Of a stretch of 64,000 bases of DNA, positions 38,356-50,271 are shown piece by piece. Both the position numbers and the translations under genes were made by a program. The DNA is taken from contig NC_068987.1 of NCBI RefSeq assembly GCF_001194135.2, forward strand, positions 47,775,877 through 47,839,876, read 5' to 3'. Under the pieces are notes generated by a model. The model was not told the DNA's origin. It made no database searches and worked only from the letters and a program-made list of their open reading frames with translations. Position 1 is the first letter of the stretch, and each line of letters opens with the position of its first letter. Origin of the DNA: Octopus bimaculoides (Eukaryota).

Positions 38356-40246
38356 GTATGTATAGGGTTTATTTTTTTCCATTTTGTTTCTTCCGGTTTT
38401 TTTTTCTTTTTTTTTTCTTACAAGAAGCTTGGCTGTGGGATTCAAAAGTTCGCTTCTCAATCACATGATTTGGGGTTCAGTTCTCTGCATGGCATCTTAG
38501 GTAAGTGTCTTTTATTATTGCTCTGTGCCAACCAAAGTTTGTGGGTAAATTTAGTAGATAGAAACGGAAAGGAATGTCATCATCAACATTTATTGTCTGT
38601 TTTCCATGCTGGCATGTGTTGAACAGCTTGACAAGAGCTGGCAAGGCTAGGGGAGGCACCAGGTTCCATAGTCTCTTTTGGCTTGGTTTCTATGGCTGGA
38701 TGCCCTTCCTAATGTCAACCACTTTACAGAGTTTACTGGGTGCTTTCTATGTGACACCATCACTAAGTGCTTTTCATGTGGAACCAGCACTAGTGCTTTT
38801 TATGTGGCAGCATGTGTGTGTATATGTGTGTTCCTATGTATATTAGTTTCTATTTGTACTCCACAAAATTTGAGAGCTATGTCGTATTGTTGCTGTCACT
38901 TCTGTCAACAGAACATTTGTTCACATCATACCTTCAAAGACATGTGAAATATAAAATTCTTTACTAGAAAAATAAGTAAGGGCTTGTAACAAAAAGGATA
39001 TCTGGTTATAAAACAATACTTCAATAATTTAACCATTTAACCCATGCTTGTATGCAAAAATTGATGTAAAAATGAATGAATAAACAAAATAAGTTTCTTT
39101 CATTCTAATTCATTTTTTGCTTTGTTTTTTGTTTTTATTTCTGGTTGGTTCAGACAGTTGATACTTTTCATTTACAATGTTGTGTTCCTCATATTTTTCT
39201 TTATAATTAGTGGAATGCTTGAAAGAAAGTTAGTTTAGTTTATATGCAGGAGAATTTGATACAGACAAGTCCAAGAATCCAGTCTTCAGTGGGATAACAG
39301 TGCTAATCATATTTTATTACGTTGATATAGGTGAAATTAGTATGCAAAGTTTGATATTTGCATAATGTTGCAGTAATCTTTTTCCCTCTTTTTTTTCTGT
39401 ATAACTGGACATCTTTTCTGCAGCTACCCAAGCATTTTAAAGTGGTACTAGTGGTTAGCCAAGTAGATTGAGGCTGGCAGAGTTATGTATCTTGCCTAGT
39501 AACCCATAATGTGTGGGATCTCATATCTACTACAAGTGTTTCATTGTGTCTCTTGGGAGAATACTTTTATTCTACAGTGTCACAATTAATTTAGCTTGGC
39601 AAACAAGTGCCAGATCATCTGTGAATGTTACCTGCAAAAAACTTCCATCCAGGTGAAGAAGCTCTTTCATTTGCTTCAGACACAGGATATAGGATACATT
39701 TACCATTTTTTTAGCAACCAATAAAATTTGAACACGTCTTTAGCTGGTCATTAACCCAACACCATCTCATAATTGTCCATGTTATTCTGTTTGTCACAAT
39801 AAGTATTCAAGTGTCACTCTTTTAGCAATCTTAAAACTATGGAACAAAATCTAAGAAATAATTTACTTAATGGCATGTTTAGCTTTCAGCAAGCTTAACT
39901 ATGGAACACAATCAAAGACATAATTGAAATCTTTAACAATGAAATGTGTGAGTATTTAGCTTTCAAAAAGCTTATGTATGGAACACAATCAAAGACATAA
40001 TTGAAATCATTAACATAACAAAATGTAGGTGGCTAGCTGTGGAAGCTAGCCACCTACACTTTTCTCTGCAAAATAGGGGTAGTTTATCCTGTTCAGGCTA
40101 TATTATTAGCATTATTCTGCGATTGAGAATTTAAAATCACTACTTTAACTTTCTAAAAGACATCTCAACGCTTCTAAAAGCAAACTTCGTTTGTTTATTT
40201 ACGCTTGTCGTAATTTGAATTTAACATTATTATTATTATTATTATT

Positions 40247-41562
40247 GTTCAGTAGTTTTATTTTTATAACGTGCTTTCACTTCACTACCGAGCGCAGCTC
40301 TGTGCGCCTTGGGTATGTGCTGTGGTTTGCTGTGGTGCTCTTATGTTTACTGTATTGAAAGTGTTTTGCGTAGAATGTGTGCAGTACCCAGTAGTGCAAT
40401 TTTCTGTATGTTATATATATTTGTAAGTCCTGGTGTTTTTGTTATGTATTTGTCTGAATATTTTTTTATTATACCTAAGGCACCTACTATGATAGGAATT
40501 GTTTCTGTTTTTTAGACTCCACATTCGAGTTATCTCTATTTCCAGGTCTTTGTATTTTGAAAGTTTTTCGATTTCTTTTAGAGAAACGTTGTCATCNNNN
40601 NNNNNNNNNNNNNNNNNNNNNNNNNNNNNNNNNNNNNNNNNNNNNNNNNNNNNNNNNNNNNNNNNNNNNNNNNNNNNNNNNNNNNNNNNNNNNNNNNNNN
40701 NNNNNNNNNNNNNNNNNNNNNNNNNNNNNNNNNNNNNNNNNNNNNNNNNNNNNNNNNNNNNNNNNNNNNNNNNNNNNNNNNNNNNNNNNNNNNNNNNNNN
40801 NNNNNNNNNNNNNNNNNNNNNNNNNNNNNNNNNNNNNNNNNNNNNNNNNNNNNNNNNNNNNNNNNNNNNNNNNNNNNNNNNNNNNNNNNNNNNNNNNNNN
40901 NNNNNNNNNNNNNNNNNNNNNNNNNNNNNNNNNNNNNNNNNNNNNNNNNNNNNNNNNNNNNNNNNNNNNNNNNNNNNNNNNNNNNNNNNNNNNNNNNNNN
41001 NNNNNNNNNNNNNNNNNNNNNNNNNNNNNNNNNNNNNNNNNNNNNNNNNNNNNNNNNNNNNNNNNNNNNNNNNNNNNNNNNNNNNNNNNNNNNNNNNNNN
41101 NNNNNNNNNNNNNNNNNNNNNNNNNNNNNNNNNNNNNNNNNNNNNNNNNNNNNNNNNNNNNNNNNNNNNNNNNNNNNNNNNNNNNNNNNNNNNNNNNNNN
41201 NNNNNNNNNNNNNNNNNNNNNNNNNNNNNNNNNNNNNNNNNNNNNNNNNNNNNNNNNNNNNNNNNNNNNNNNNNNNNNNNNNNNNNNNNNNNNNNNNNNN
41301 NNNNNNNNNNNNNNNNNNNNNNNNNNNTTCTTCTTCTTCTTCTTCTTCTTCTTCTTCTTCTTCTTCTTCTTCTTCTTCTTCTTCTTCGTATTTGTTAGGT
41401 AGATTGATTTCTTGTTTGTATTTGTCAGCTTCCTTAAATACTGAAAACAGTTTTTTGTTTTGCTCGTGTTTTGTGGCTATTTGTATTAGTTTCCCTTGCT
41501 TCTGGAGTAGGTATTTTTGCAGTCCTATGGTGGTTATTTTATAATAGTTTTCTATCCTTATC
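40247..41562 (-). mobile_element. R4/Dong-like non-LTR retrotransposon with restriction-like endonuclease, 5'-truncated, spanning a gap
   Basis: Right of the gap: IRIENYYKITTIGLQKYL...EADKYKQEINLPNKY(E)20. Left of the gap: KYKDLEIEITRMWSLKTETIPIIVGALG...IQKIALLGTAHILRKTLSIQ* (stop 40347-40349), about 100 nt of UTR, then (AAT)7. Confidence 0.8.
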
Positions 41563-44141
41563 GAGAAATTTGATGATAGGGAGGAAGAGCTACAGTCCTG
41601 TGACGTAGAAGGTAGCTGGGAATTGCTGCAAGACAGCTTGCTGAGTGCCACAGACCAAATCTGTGGCTGGTGCAAAGTCCCTTCCAGACCCAGGGTAACA
41701 TGGTGGTGGGACAATACTGTAGACAGGGCTATTAGAGTAAAGAAACAGGCTTGGAATGCCTGGAAGAGTGGGGGTAGCAGGAGAATGTATCAGATAGCCA
41801 AAAGGGAAGCTAAGAGACAGGTATATATTGCCAAGGGAGTAGCAGAAGAGAAGAAGTTTGCCAATGTTCAGCGATATGAGGACCAAAGAACTGAAGTATT
41901 TCGGATTGCAAGACAGTGTGTGGAAGAAAACCATGATGTCATAGGAGAGAAATGCATCTGCATAGATGAGGGTGCTCTTACATTTAATGATTCTGCAAAG
42001 AAAGAGGCTTGGAGAAGCTATTATGAAAGACTGCTGAATGTGGAGAATGAATGGGAGGAGGAGAGTCTGCCAAAGGTTGACCCAATTGAGGGACCAGCTA
42101 TCTGAATCAACAGCACCCAAATAGATAAAGCAATTACCTGGTCCATCAGGAATCACCGCTAGGATGATTAAAATATTGGGTGGTGTGGGTTATGGTCTTG
42201 TCACCCGCATCATAAACCAGGTAGTTCATGATTGAGTCATACCCAATGACTGGTGTAGCAGCACCATAGTCAACTGTTACAAGAGGAAAGGTGATGCTTT
42301 AGATAGAAATAACTACAGGGGCATCAAATTATTGGATCAGGTGATGAAAGTTACAGAGAGGGTCATAGCCCAACTAATTAGGGAGAGAGTTAGCCTAGAT
42401 GAGATGCATTTTGGTTTTGTGCCAGGCAGAAGCACCACTGATGCTATATTTCTGGTAAGGCAACTGCAAGAGAAATACCTAGCCAAAGATAAATCTCTGT
42501 ACTTCGTTTTTGTTGACTTGAAGAAAGCCTTTAACAGGGTCCCCCAATCCCTTATCTAGTGGTCAATGCGGAAACTGGGGATAGACGAGTGGTTGGTAAG
42601 GGCTGTACAGGGATGCTGTCAGTAAGGTGAAGGTTGGCAACAAGTACAATGAAGAATTCTGAGTAGAAGTAGGGGTTCAACAAGGATCAGTCCTCAGCCC
42701 CCTCTTATTCATTATAATCCTCCGGGCAATAACAGATGAATTCAAGACAGGCTGCCCCTGGGAGCTCCTCCATGCTGATGACCTTGCTCTAATAGCTGAG
42801 TCACTGCCAGAACTGGAGACAAAGTTTAGGGTGTGGAAACAAGGTCTAGAATTGAAAGGCCTCAGAGTTAACCTAGCAAAGACCAAAGTCTTAGTAAGGC
42901 TGTCAAATCACAACTCCCTGCTCGATCTGTAGAAAAGGCATGGGTAAAAACTCTATATGATGTACCCAGTGTAAGCTTTGGACACATAAAAGGTGCCTCA
43001 ATATCAAAGGAAGGTTAATTGGGAAAATAGATTTTGTGTGTGGCAGATGCACCGGGGCAATAAACACTGAAGATGAACAGAAAACAGATTACATCACATT
43101 CCAGGGGGAAAAACTAGAAGTAGTTAATAGTTTCCGCTACCTAGACAACCAAGTAGTGGTTGTCTACCCTCCATGTAGTGGGGGTAGCTACTCTGAGAGT
43201 GTAGTGATTAGAGTAACAATAGCCTGGGCAAAGTTCAGGGAGCTCCTACCTCTGCTGACAACTAAGGACCTCTCGCTCAGGGTGAAAGGTAGAATGTATG
43301 ATGCATGTGTGCAAACTGCCATGCTACACAGCAGTGAAACATGTACTATGAATGCTGAGGACATGCTTAGGCTTGAAAGAAATGAAGCTAGTATGATCCG
43401 CAGGATGTGCTATGTCAGTGTGCATACACGACAGAGTAAAAGTTCCCTGATAAAAAAGTTGGGCATTAGAAGCATCACATGTGGTGTGCAAGAGAGGCAT
43501 CTGCGCTGGTATAGTCATGTGTTATGTATGAATGAAGACAGCTGTGTGAGGAAGTGCCATTCCCTAACTGTACAAGGAACCTGTGGAAGAGGTACCCCAG
43601 GAAGACATGGGATGAGGTGGTGAAGCATGACCTTTGAACATTGGTAATGTTCAGAGGCAATGATGGGAGACCAGGACCTTTGGAGATATGCTGTGATTAA
43701 GAAGACCTGGCAACTAAAGTGCGATCACAGTCACACATGTCCAGCCCTGTTAAGAGTACCCCTGATGCGTTGGGCAATATCATATGCTTGAGAAGACCTG
43801 TTGAGTCAAGTGAAACCAATATCGTAGCTGTGGCCAGTGCTCCCTGACTGGCTCCCGTGCCAGTAGCATATAAAAAGCACCAACCAACTGTGGCCGATGC
43901 CAGCACAGCCTCACTGGCTCTTGTGCCGGTAGCACGTAAAAAGCACCATCCGAATGTGATCGATGCCAGTACTGCCTGACTGGCTCCCATGCCAGTGGCA
44001 CATAAAAAGCACCCACTACACTCTCGGAGTGGTTGGCGTTAGGAAGGGCATCCAGCTGTAGAAACATTACCAGATCAGATTGAAGCCTGGTGCAGCTGCT
44101 GGTTCTCCAGACCTCAGTCAAACCATCCAACCCATGCCAGC
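41563..44141 (+). mobile_element. RTE-clade LINE, about 2.6 kb, RT domain with stops
   Basis: NYRGIKLL, FGFVPGRSTTDAIF, DLKKAFNRVP, QQGSVLSPLLF, HADDLAL, RLRWYSHV, then a hairpin-repeat 3' UTR and a truncated tail. Confidence 0.92.
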
Positions 44142-44602
44142 TTTATTGCCAATTCTTCAACTGATAATGCAGGATTTTCTTCAAGTAATGCCTCAAGGAG
44201 CTTATCATCAAACTCGACTGGACGTCCTGTTCGATCTTCATCTTCAAGGCTGAAATCTCCACTTCTGAATTTTGCAAACCATCTTCTGCAAGTTCTTTCA
44301 TTCAAGCATCCTTTCCCATAAACTGAGTGTATGTTTCGGGTTGCTTCGGCTGCAGAGTTTCTTTTTTTGTACTCATAAAGCATTATGTGCCTCAAATGCT
44401 CTTTGGATACTTCCATGTTAGAAAGGGTTTTAATCAAAGAAATTTTAACTCTATTATTCTGTAAAATAATATTTAATTAGTTTAAATGTACACAAATGCA
44501 TAAAAATAATTTTTAATTCCATAAGACATTCTAAAATACTATTAAATCTCATTCAATTTTAAAAAAGGTAAAATCAGACAGAACTTATGGGATGACCTGA
44601 TA
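44142..44602 (-). mobile_element. mariner transposon 5' half
   Basis: TA|TATCAGGTCATCCCATAAGTTCTG TIR. ORF from 44416 reads MEVSKEHLRHIMLYEYKK...NERTCRRWFAKFRSGDFSLEDEDRTGRP, the mariner HTH region. Confidence 0.88.
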
Positions 44603-44714
44603 TATGATATATACTTTTATTTTATCATTCCATTACATGTTAAGCCCCACACTTTACGTCTGTCTTTGTATTGTCCCCCTCATCCTTTGCCCTGGTGGCA
44701 AATAAAAGAAATCA

Positions 44715-44768
<54 letters not shown>

Positions 44769-44813
44769 TATTATGGACGGAGTAATTCTTTATTTCTTTA
44801 TTGTTAATTTCAG

Positions 44814-45019
44814 ATCGCAATCCAACTTCAACACACCTACCCTTGGCCAAGACTAAATGTACTCCAGAGGAAGAGGTTCTTTTCATGAACAAACTTGATG
44901 ACCTAGTAACTAAATTTAGCAAGAATTCCAGTGGTGATACACTGCCAGGCCCTGGCACAACAGAAGATGGTGAATATGCTTCATCCAGCTCATCATCAAC
45001 CCCTAAATACAGCCCATAG
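44814..45019 (+). CDS. DHRS12: DHRS12-like last coding exon with stop
   Basis: aatttcag|AT CGC. Reads (D)RNPTSTHLPLAKTKCTPEEEVLFMNKLDDLVTKFSKNSSGDTLPGPGTTEDGEYASSSSSSTPKYSP*. The eight exons total 997 nt and stay in frame. Confidence 0.92.
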
Positions 45020-45059
45020 ATCAACAATGACATCATGAACACACCTCATATATCTCGTC

Positions 45060-45350
45060 ACCTCAACAATGAAGATCATGATGACAACAACAACAATAAT
45101 AATATTATTAATATGACAGTGATGATGACGGGAATAATGGAAGCGATAATTACAAGTACAATGATGATAATGAGGAGGAGGAGGAGGAGGATGACAATGA
45201 CATTGACAATGACGACGGTCATGTTGACAAGAATTAAAATGATAATGACAATGACAAAAACAATAACAGTGATGATGATAATAAAGATAATGTTGACAAC
45301 AATGATTATGATGATGACAGTGGTGATGATGATGGTTATAATGATAATTA
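45060..45350 (+). repeat. Mosaic trinucleotide low-complexity tract (GAT/AAT/GAC/GAG) just 3' of the DHRS12-like stop
   Basis: Direct reading; it explains the low-complexity ORFs on both strands. Confidence 0.85.
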
Positions 45351-45550
45351 TTTCTTATGTAGCAGGCATGAAATCTACATATAAATGGTACAGTGAAACA
45401 AAAATGAGATTGTGTGATGTTCAAACTTTTCCTGAGAACATTAGTGATATAAACAAAATGAAACAGTGAGATAACTCCAACCAAGAACTGAACTTTGATT
45501 GCAAACATATCTGTATGATAGGGAAGAATAGTAATGATTTGTAACATTAG

Positions 45551-45556
45551 AATAAA
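45551..45556 (+). promoter_or_regulatory. Candidate polyadenylation signal for the DHRS12-like gene
   Basis: AATAAA about 530 nt after the stop. The hexamer is common in AT-rich DNA, so support is weak. Confidence 0.25.
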
Positions 45557-45998
45557 GATTACTCTCATAATCATATTAGTAATAATACTAATAATGTTAA
45601 TAATATTAATTTCATGTTTGATAAGGGAATTCAGTTGAAGGTATTTACGTATGCCATCAAACACTCTAAGTTCAAATCTTGCCAGAAGCTTTCATCTCTT
45701 CAAGGCTTGATAAAATAAGAACCAGTAATCTACTGTTATCATTTTCAGTAAGATGTTTGCCTGTGTATTAAACTTGGCCTCAGTGGCTCAACCAAATACA
45801 ACAATAGGAACAAAAAATAACAATTTTTTTGCCTTTTTTTTCCTGTCCTTGCACAAAGGCCATACTTAAAACAGTATTTCACAGATTAATTAGCACACTG
45901 ACACAAATATTTGTATGAGAGAACTATAGTTCATGCTAAAGACCACTACACTGTATTATAGACACATGTGTGCACCCACTCATACATGTGTGTGCGCG

Positions 45999-46035
<37 letters not shown>

Positions 46036-46184
46036 ATACACTTTCTGCTTAGAGTATCACCAGCTAAATACAACAGTACAAAGAAAACTTACCTTGATAA
46101 TAATGCTAACAATTAGTAATGATAACAATAATTATTATTTTTTTATTTGCTACAGCAGATATATGACTGAATTAGGGTGTGTGA

Positions 46185-46226
<42 letters not shown>

Positions 46227-47600
46227 GTGTGTGTGTGTGTGTGTGGAGAGAGAGAGAGAGAAAGAGATTTAGTAATACAATCAAGTAAAATAGAACTCAA
46301 ACATGAATATATATATATATTTCTACTTTTAATCATTAGAAATTAGAAAGTGATTCAAGAGCCAAGAGTTTTGTGCTTGGCATTTATCAAAGAGCCATAC
46401 ATGAAACTCTTGGCCCTTGAGTCACTTTGTAACTTCTGCTGACAGAAAATAAATAAATGAATAATATGTATATATATAATATATTTATATATATCATAAA
46501 TGTCATGAAAAAGATAACACAGAGTAGACAAGTTTTAACAAATACTGTATTAGCTTAATGCATATATGTATGGGTAATGTGATGTTCTTGCTGCTACAGG
46601 TCTGCTTGATGTTGATGAGATTAGAACAGGACATATTCAAATGACCCTGGTTACAACAAGCATATAATCTAGTTTGTATCCTCTCACTCCATTACTAGCC
46701 CCAACATTTTGCTTTTCTTTCTAATCACATTATTGTGTTTCTGTTCAGAATGTCTTTGGAATGGTCAATTTGTATTTACACCTCAATGTTCAAGCTTATT
46801 CCAAACTTCTTTTCTGTCAGAGATAACATCTCATGCACCATTTCCTTAAATGCTTTCATTGAATCCAAAGCCATCCTAGAATAAATCATGAACTATGTTT
46901 TTGACCAATTCCTTTGCTATATAATGAGGTATCAGTAAATGCTCGTCTGTTTTCTACTCAGTGATAGCCTGACCACTGATATTTTTGATATTCAGTACTA
47001 TTTCTATAATCTCTTAAATGGGACTTCTGTTCATGTTATCTATATGTTAGGCCATTTATCCCTTCCTTACTACTTTCACAAATCCGATACTGAAGAGTTG
47101 CACTCAACTTTGCATCTGGATGTGTAGGCAGTTATCCTCCTTTGCCCTTTATTTCCTGTAATAGTCTGATGCCAGTTTCTGGTCTTCACACCTTTGCAGC
47201 CATCTCTATACATCATGCACTGAGATTTTCATTTCCTTTCCAAAGCTCATCATTATTATTATTATTGTATTGCTGTTATTACTGCTGCTACTATTATTGT
47301 TAATTCTGCATTGGCTGCTGCTGTTGCCATAGTTGTTTCCCAACTTGTTATTGTTCCTATTTTTCTTGATGTTATGGTTAATCTTATTCTTGTTAATTTT
47401 GTTGTTCTTGTTACTGCTGCTGTCATCTCCATTTCATACACTACCACAGACATTGCTGGTGGTCAGTAATGTAGTTGCTGCCATTTTTATTAGTGTTAAC
47501 ACCAGCTTCATAACTAGCTATTGTTGGCTTTAAGTTGTTGACAAGATATCTGTTAACACAACTACAATACTCCCTTTATCCCCTGCCAAAATGATTTTAA

Positions 47601-47806
47601 CGCTTTAGCATTCAGATTACTCTGTCAAATGTAATGCTTATTTATTAACATTGTTTTGAATTAATCATGCATTATCTCATAGTTTTGAGATTTTATATTT
47701 TTAGAATGACATTGTAGGGTAAGTGTGAGATACCACATCTGGCTGGTTTGAACATAAAACAGGTAGAATAATTGGGCTGTACATGGCCAATTTAAATGCT
47801 AATGGG
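47601..47806. mobile_element. piggyBac-type MITE
   Basis: TTAA|CGCTTTAGCATT ... AATGCTAATGGG|TTAA. Confidence 0.7.
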
Positions 47807-48595
47807 TTAATGTATTCATCATAGTTGAATTTCTTTTACTATAAAATCTCTTACAGCTAACTACTACTTTGTTTGTAGTTGTAATTGTAGTAACGTACAG
47901 CTTATCTAAACAAAAAAACATCTACTAAGTTTGTATTTATAACATTTTACAGAACTAAGACTGAACAACAGAATGATGGAAATAATTATGCCAGAGTGAA
48001 TGTCTTATATTTTATTGAAACTATTAATATTCTGAGTTCAAATCCTGCCAAAGTTCACTTTAACTTCCATTGTTTCAGTCTTACTAAAATGACTACCAAG
48101 TCAAATCTGTAGGCAGGACTGGCCTTAAGCCAATTGGACTGATTGCTTCCAATCGGGCCCCGCTTTCAAGTAGGCTACATCCTATACTGCAGCATTTCAT
48201 GAAGGTGGTCTCCTTGAAGTTTAAATAAAATCTGCATAAAAATACTCCTTAAAAAAAACATACTTTCTACACTTTAGCAACATAAGATACCAAAAGAAAG
48301 ATATCAAAAGAAAAACCCATTCATCCAAAATTGCTTGGGTCAGCCTTGCTTGTATTTTTAGTGTAAGGGTCAATTGTATGTATGCATGTGTGTATGTGAA
48401 TGTTTGGGAATGTTTATGGGCATGTTTGGGTAAAATATTTGTGTGTGTGTGTGTGAGTATGTTTGTGGTTTAAGTGTATGATGAATTGTACGTATATATG
48501 TGTGTGTGTATGTTTGTGTGTGTGAGTTGCTATAAATATGCTTTGTATATGTTTAATTTTGGGAAAACTTTATTTCAATTAAAGTGTATTTTATA

Positions 48596-48637
<42 letters not shown>

Positions 48638-49272
48638 CTGACTGGCCCCAGTGCCAGTGGCATGTAACAAGCACTATCTGAATGTGATTGATGCCAGGCC
48701 CGCCTGACTGGCTCCTGTGCCGGTGGCAAATAAAATACACTCACTACACTCTCCAAGTGGTTGACGTTAAGAAGGGCTGTAAAAGCATTGCCAGATCAGA
48801 TTGGAGCCTAGTGCAGCCGCTGGCTCTCCAGACCTCAGTCAAACTGTCCAACCCATGCCAGCATGGAAAATGATGATGATGATATATATGTATATATTAA
48901 AGAAAGCAAAAAGTAAAACAAAAATGATAAAAGCAAAAGGCTGAATGTGTGCTCAGTATTTTGGCCACAAGAATTTCTGTCAAAGAAACATGGTTAAACA
49001 AAGGTGAAAAGTTCAATTATTTTTCATAGTGGTTTGGCTAAAGTCTTTGTATTTGTGTGAATGTATGCATATGTATGTTTATGCTTGTATGTATATGTAT
49101 TTTTTAACGTGTGGTGAATTGTATACATACACACGCATATGTGTGTGTACAGTGAGAGAGAGAGACAGGGAGGTGAGATAAAATTTCTTGTCTCATGTTT
49201 AAAAGAGAAAATCTTTTTGCAATGACTCCCATTCAGGTTTTTGGACAAGCACAAACATAGCCACATACATAT

Positions 49273-49306
<34 letters not shown>

Positions 49307-49959
49307 AGAGGCCAATTGTAGGAGTCATTTGGTGTAACACCGTGGTGCTAAACCCAAAACTATACAGCTAAGAAACAGGCAGACAGAACTGTGTTTTCTA
49401 CAACAGAGGTTATAGAAAAAGATACAAGGCAAGTATATAACCAGCTTCTGAAAAATTCTAATTATCAATTTGCTTTTTATGAATATCTCTTTTAGCGTAA
49501 CATCATGCAACAGATAAAAGTTTCTTTGGGATCTTGTTAAATTTCTTTCCAGTTTTTGCCATAATATTTTTAAAATGTGTAGTCTAAATGTAGTTTCACT
49601 TACTGATTGTGAAAAGTTTTGGTAAATTTATAGTTTAACATCCAACTCAATTTTGGTAGGAAGTAATGCTTTATCCTCTTTTTTTTTTTTTTCTTGTGCT
49701 ATCAACTAATCTAATCTCCTAATATGCCACAAATAATTTTTCCACGGAAATCGGAGAGGGGGTGTAGGGTGAACCCTCAGAAATCCCCTACTCACCTCAC
49801 CCAATTGAGCCCTGTACTTTCTAGGGCCGGCCCTGTCTGTAGGTAGTGGTGGCGGGCTTGGGCAGTGTGACTGACTGTTCTCAACCAAAATTTACAAACT
49901 TGTGTCTGTAAGAAATTATCTAAACTCATTGTGTATGTGTGTATTTACATAAATTTATA

Positions 49960-50271
49960 TATAACAAAACAGGAAGTTTGGAAAAGTTTTTGGTATTATT
50001 TGTTCACCATTACACATGTTTCATTTGCTAATAGGAATCACAAAGCTGTACATTATAGATAAACATGTAAGAAATTTCCTATGAAAATTTCTTCAGACAG
50101 AGAATCAAATTATATGTATTATTTGATTCTCTGTCTGGAGAATTTCTAATAGGAAATTTCTTACAAGTTTATCCAATATGTACACCTTTCTGATTCCTAT
50201 ATGCAATTGAAACATGTGTAATAGTGAATAAATACCACCAAAAAAATTTTCCAACTTCCTGTTTTGTTATA
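49960..50271. repeat. Long foldback inverted repeat
   Basis: Arms of about 150 bp, roughly 85% complementary by eye, around a 10-nt loop at 50111-50120. Ends tataacaaaacaggaag / cttcctgttttgttata. Confidence 0.9.

Noticed and set aside
44996-45664. 222-aa His/Cys/Ile-rich minus-strand ORF
   Set aside because: It is the antisense reading of the trinucleotide tract, with no domain or splice support.
46560-47220. Possible very old RTE endonuclease remnant (similar faint LINE traces at about 29700-30300, 59600-59750, 62950-63480)
   Set aside because: Too degenerate to assign by eye; needs a profile search.
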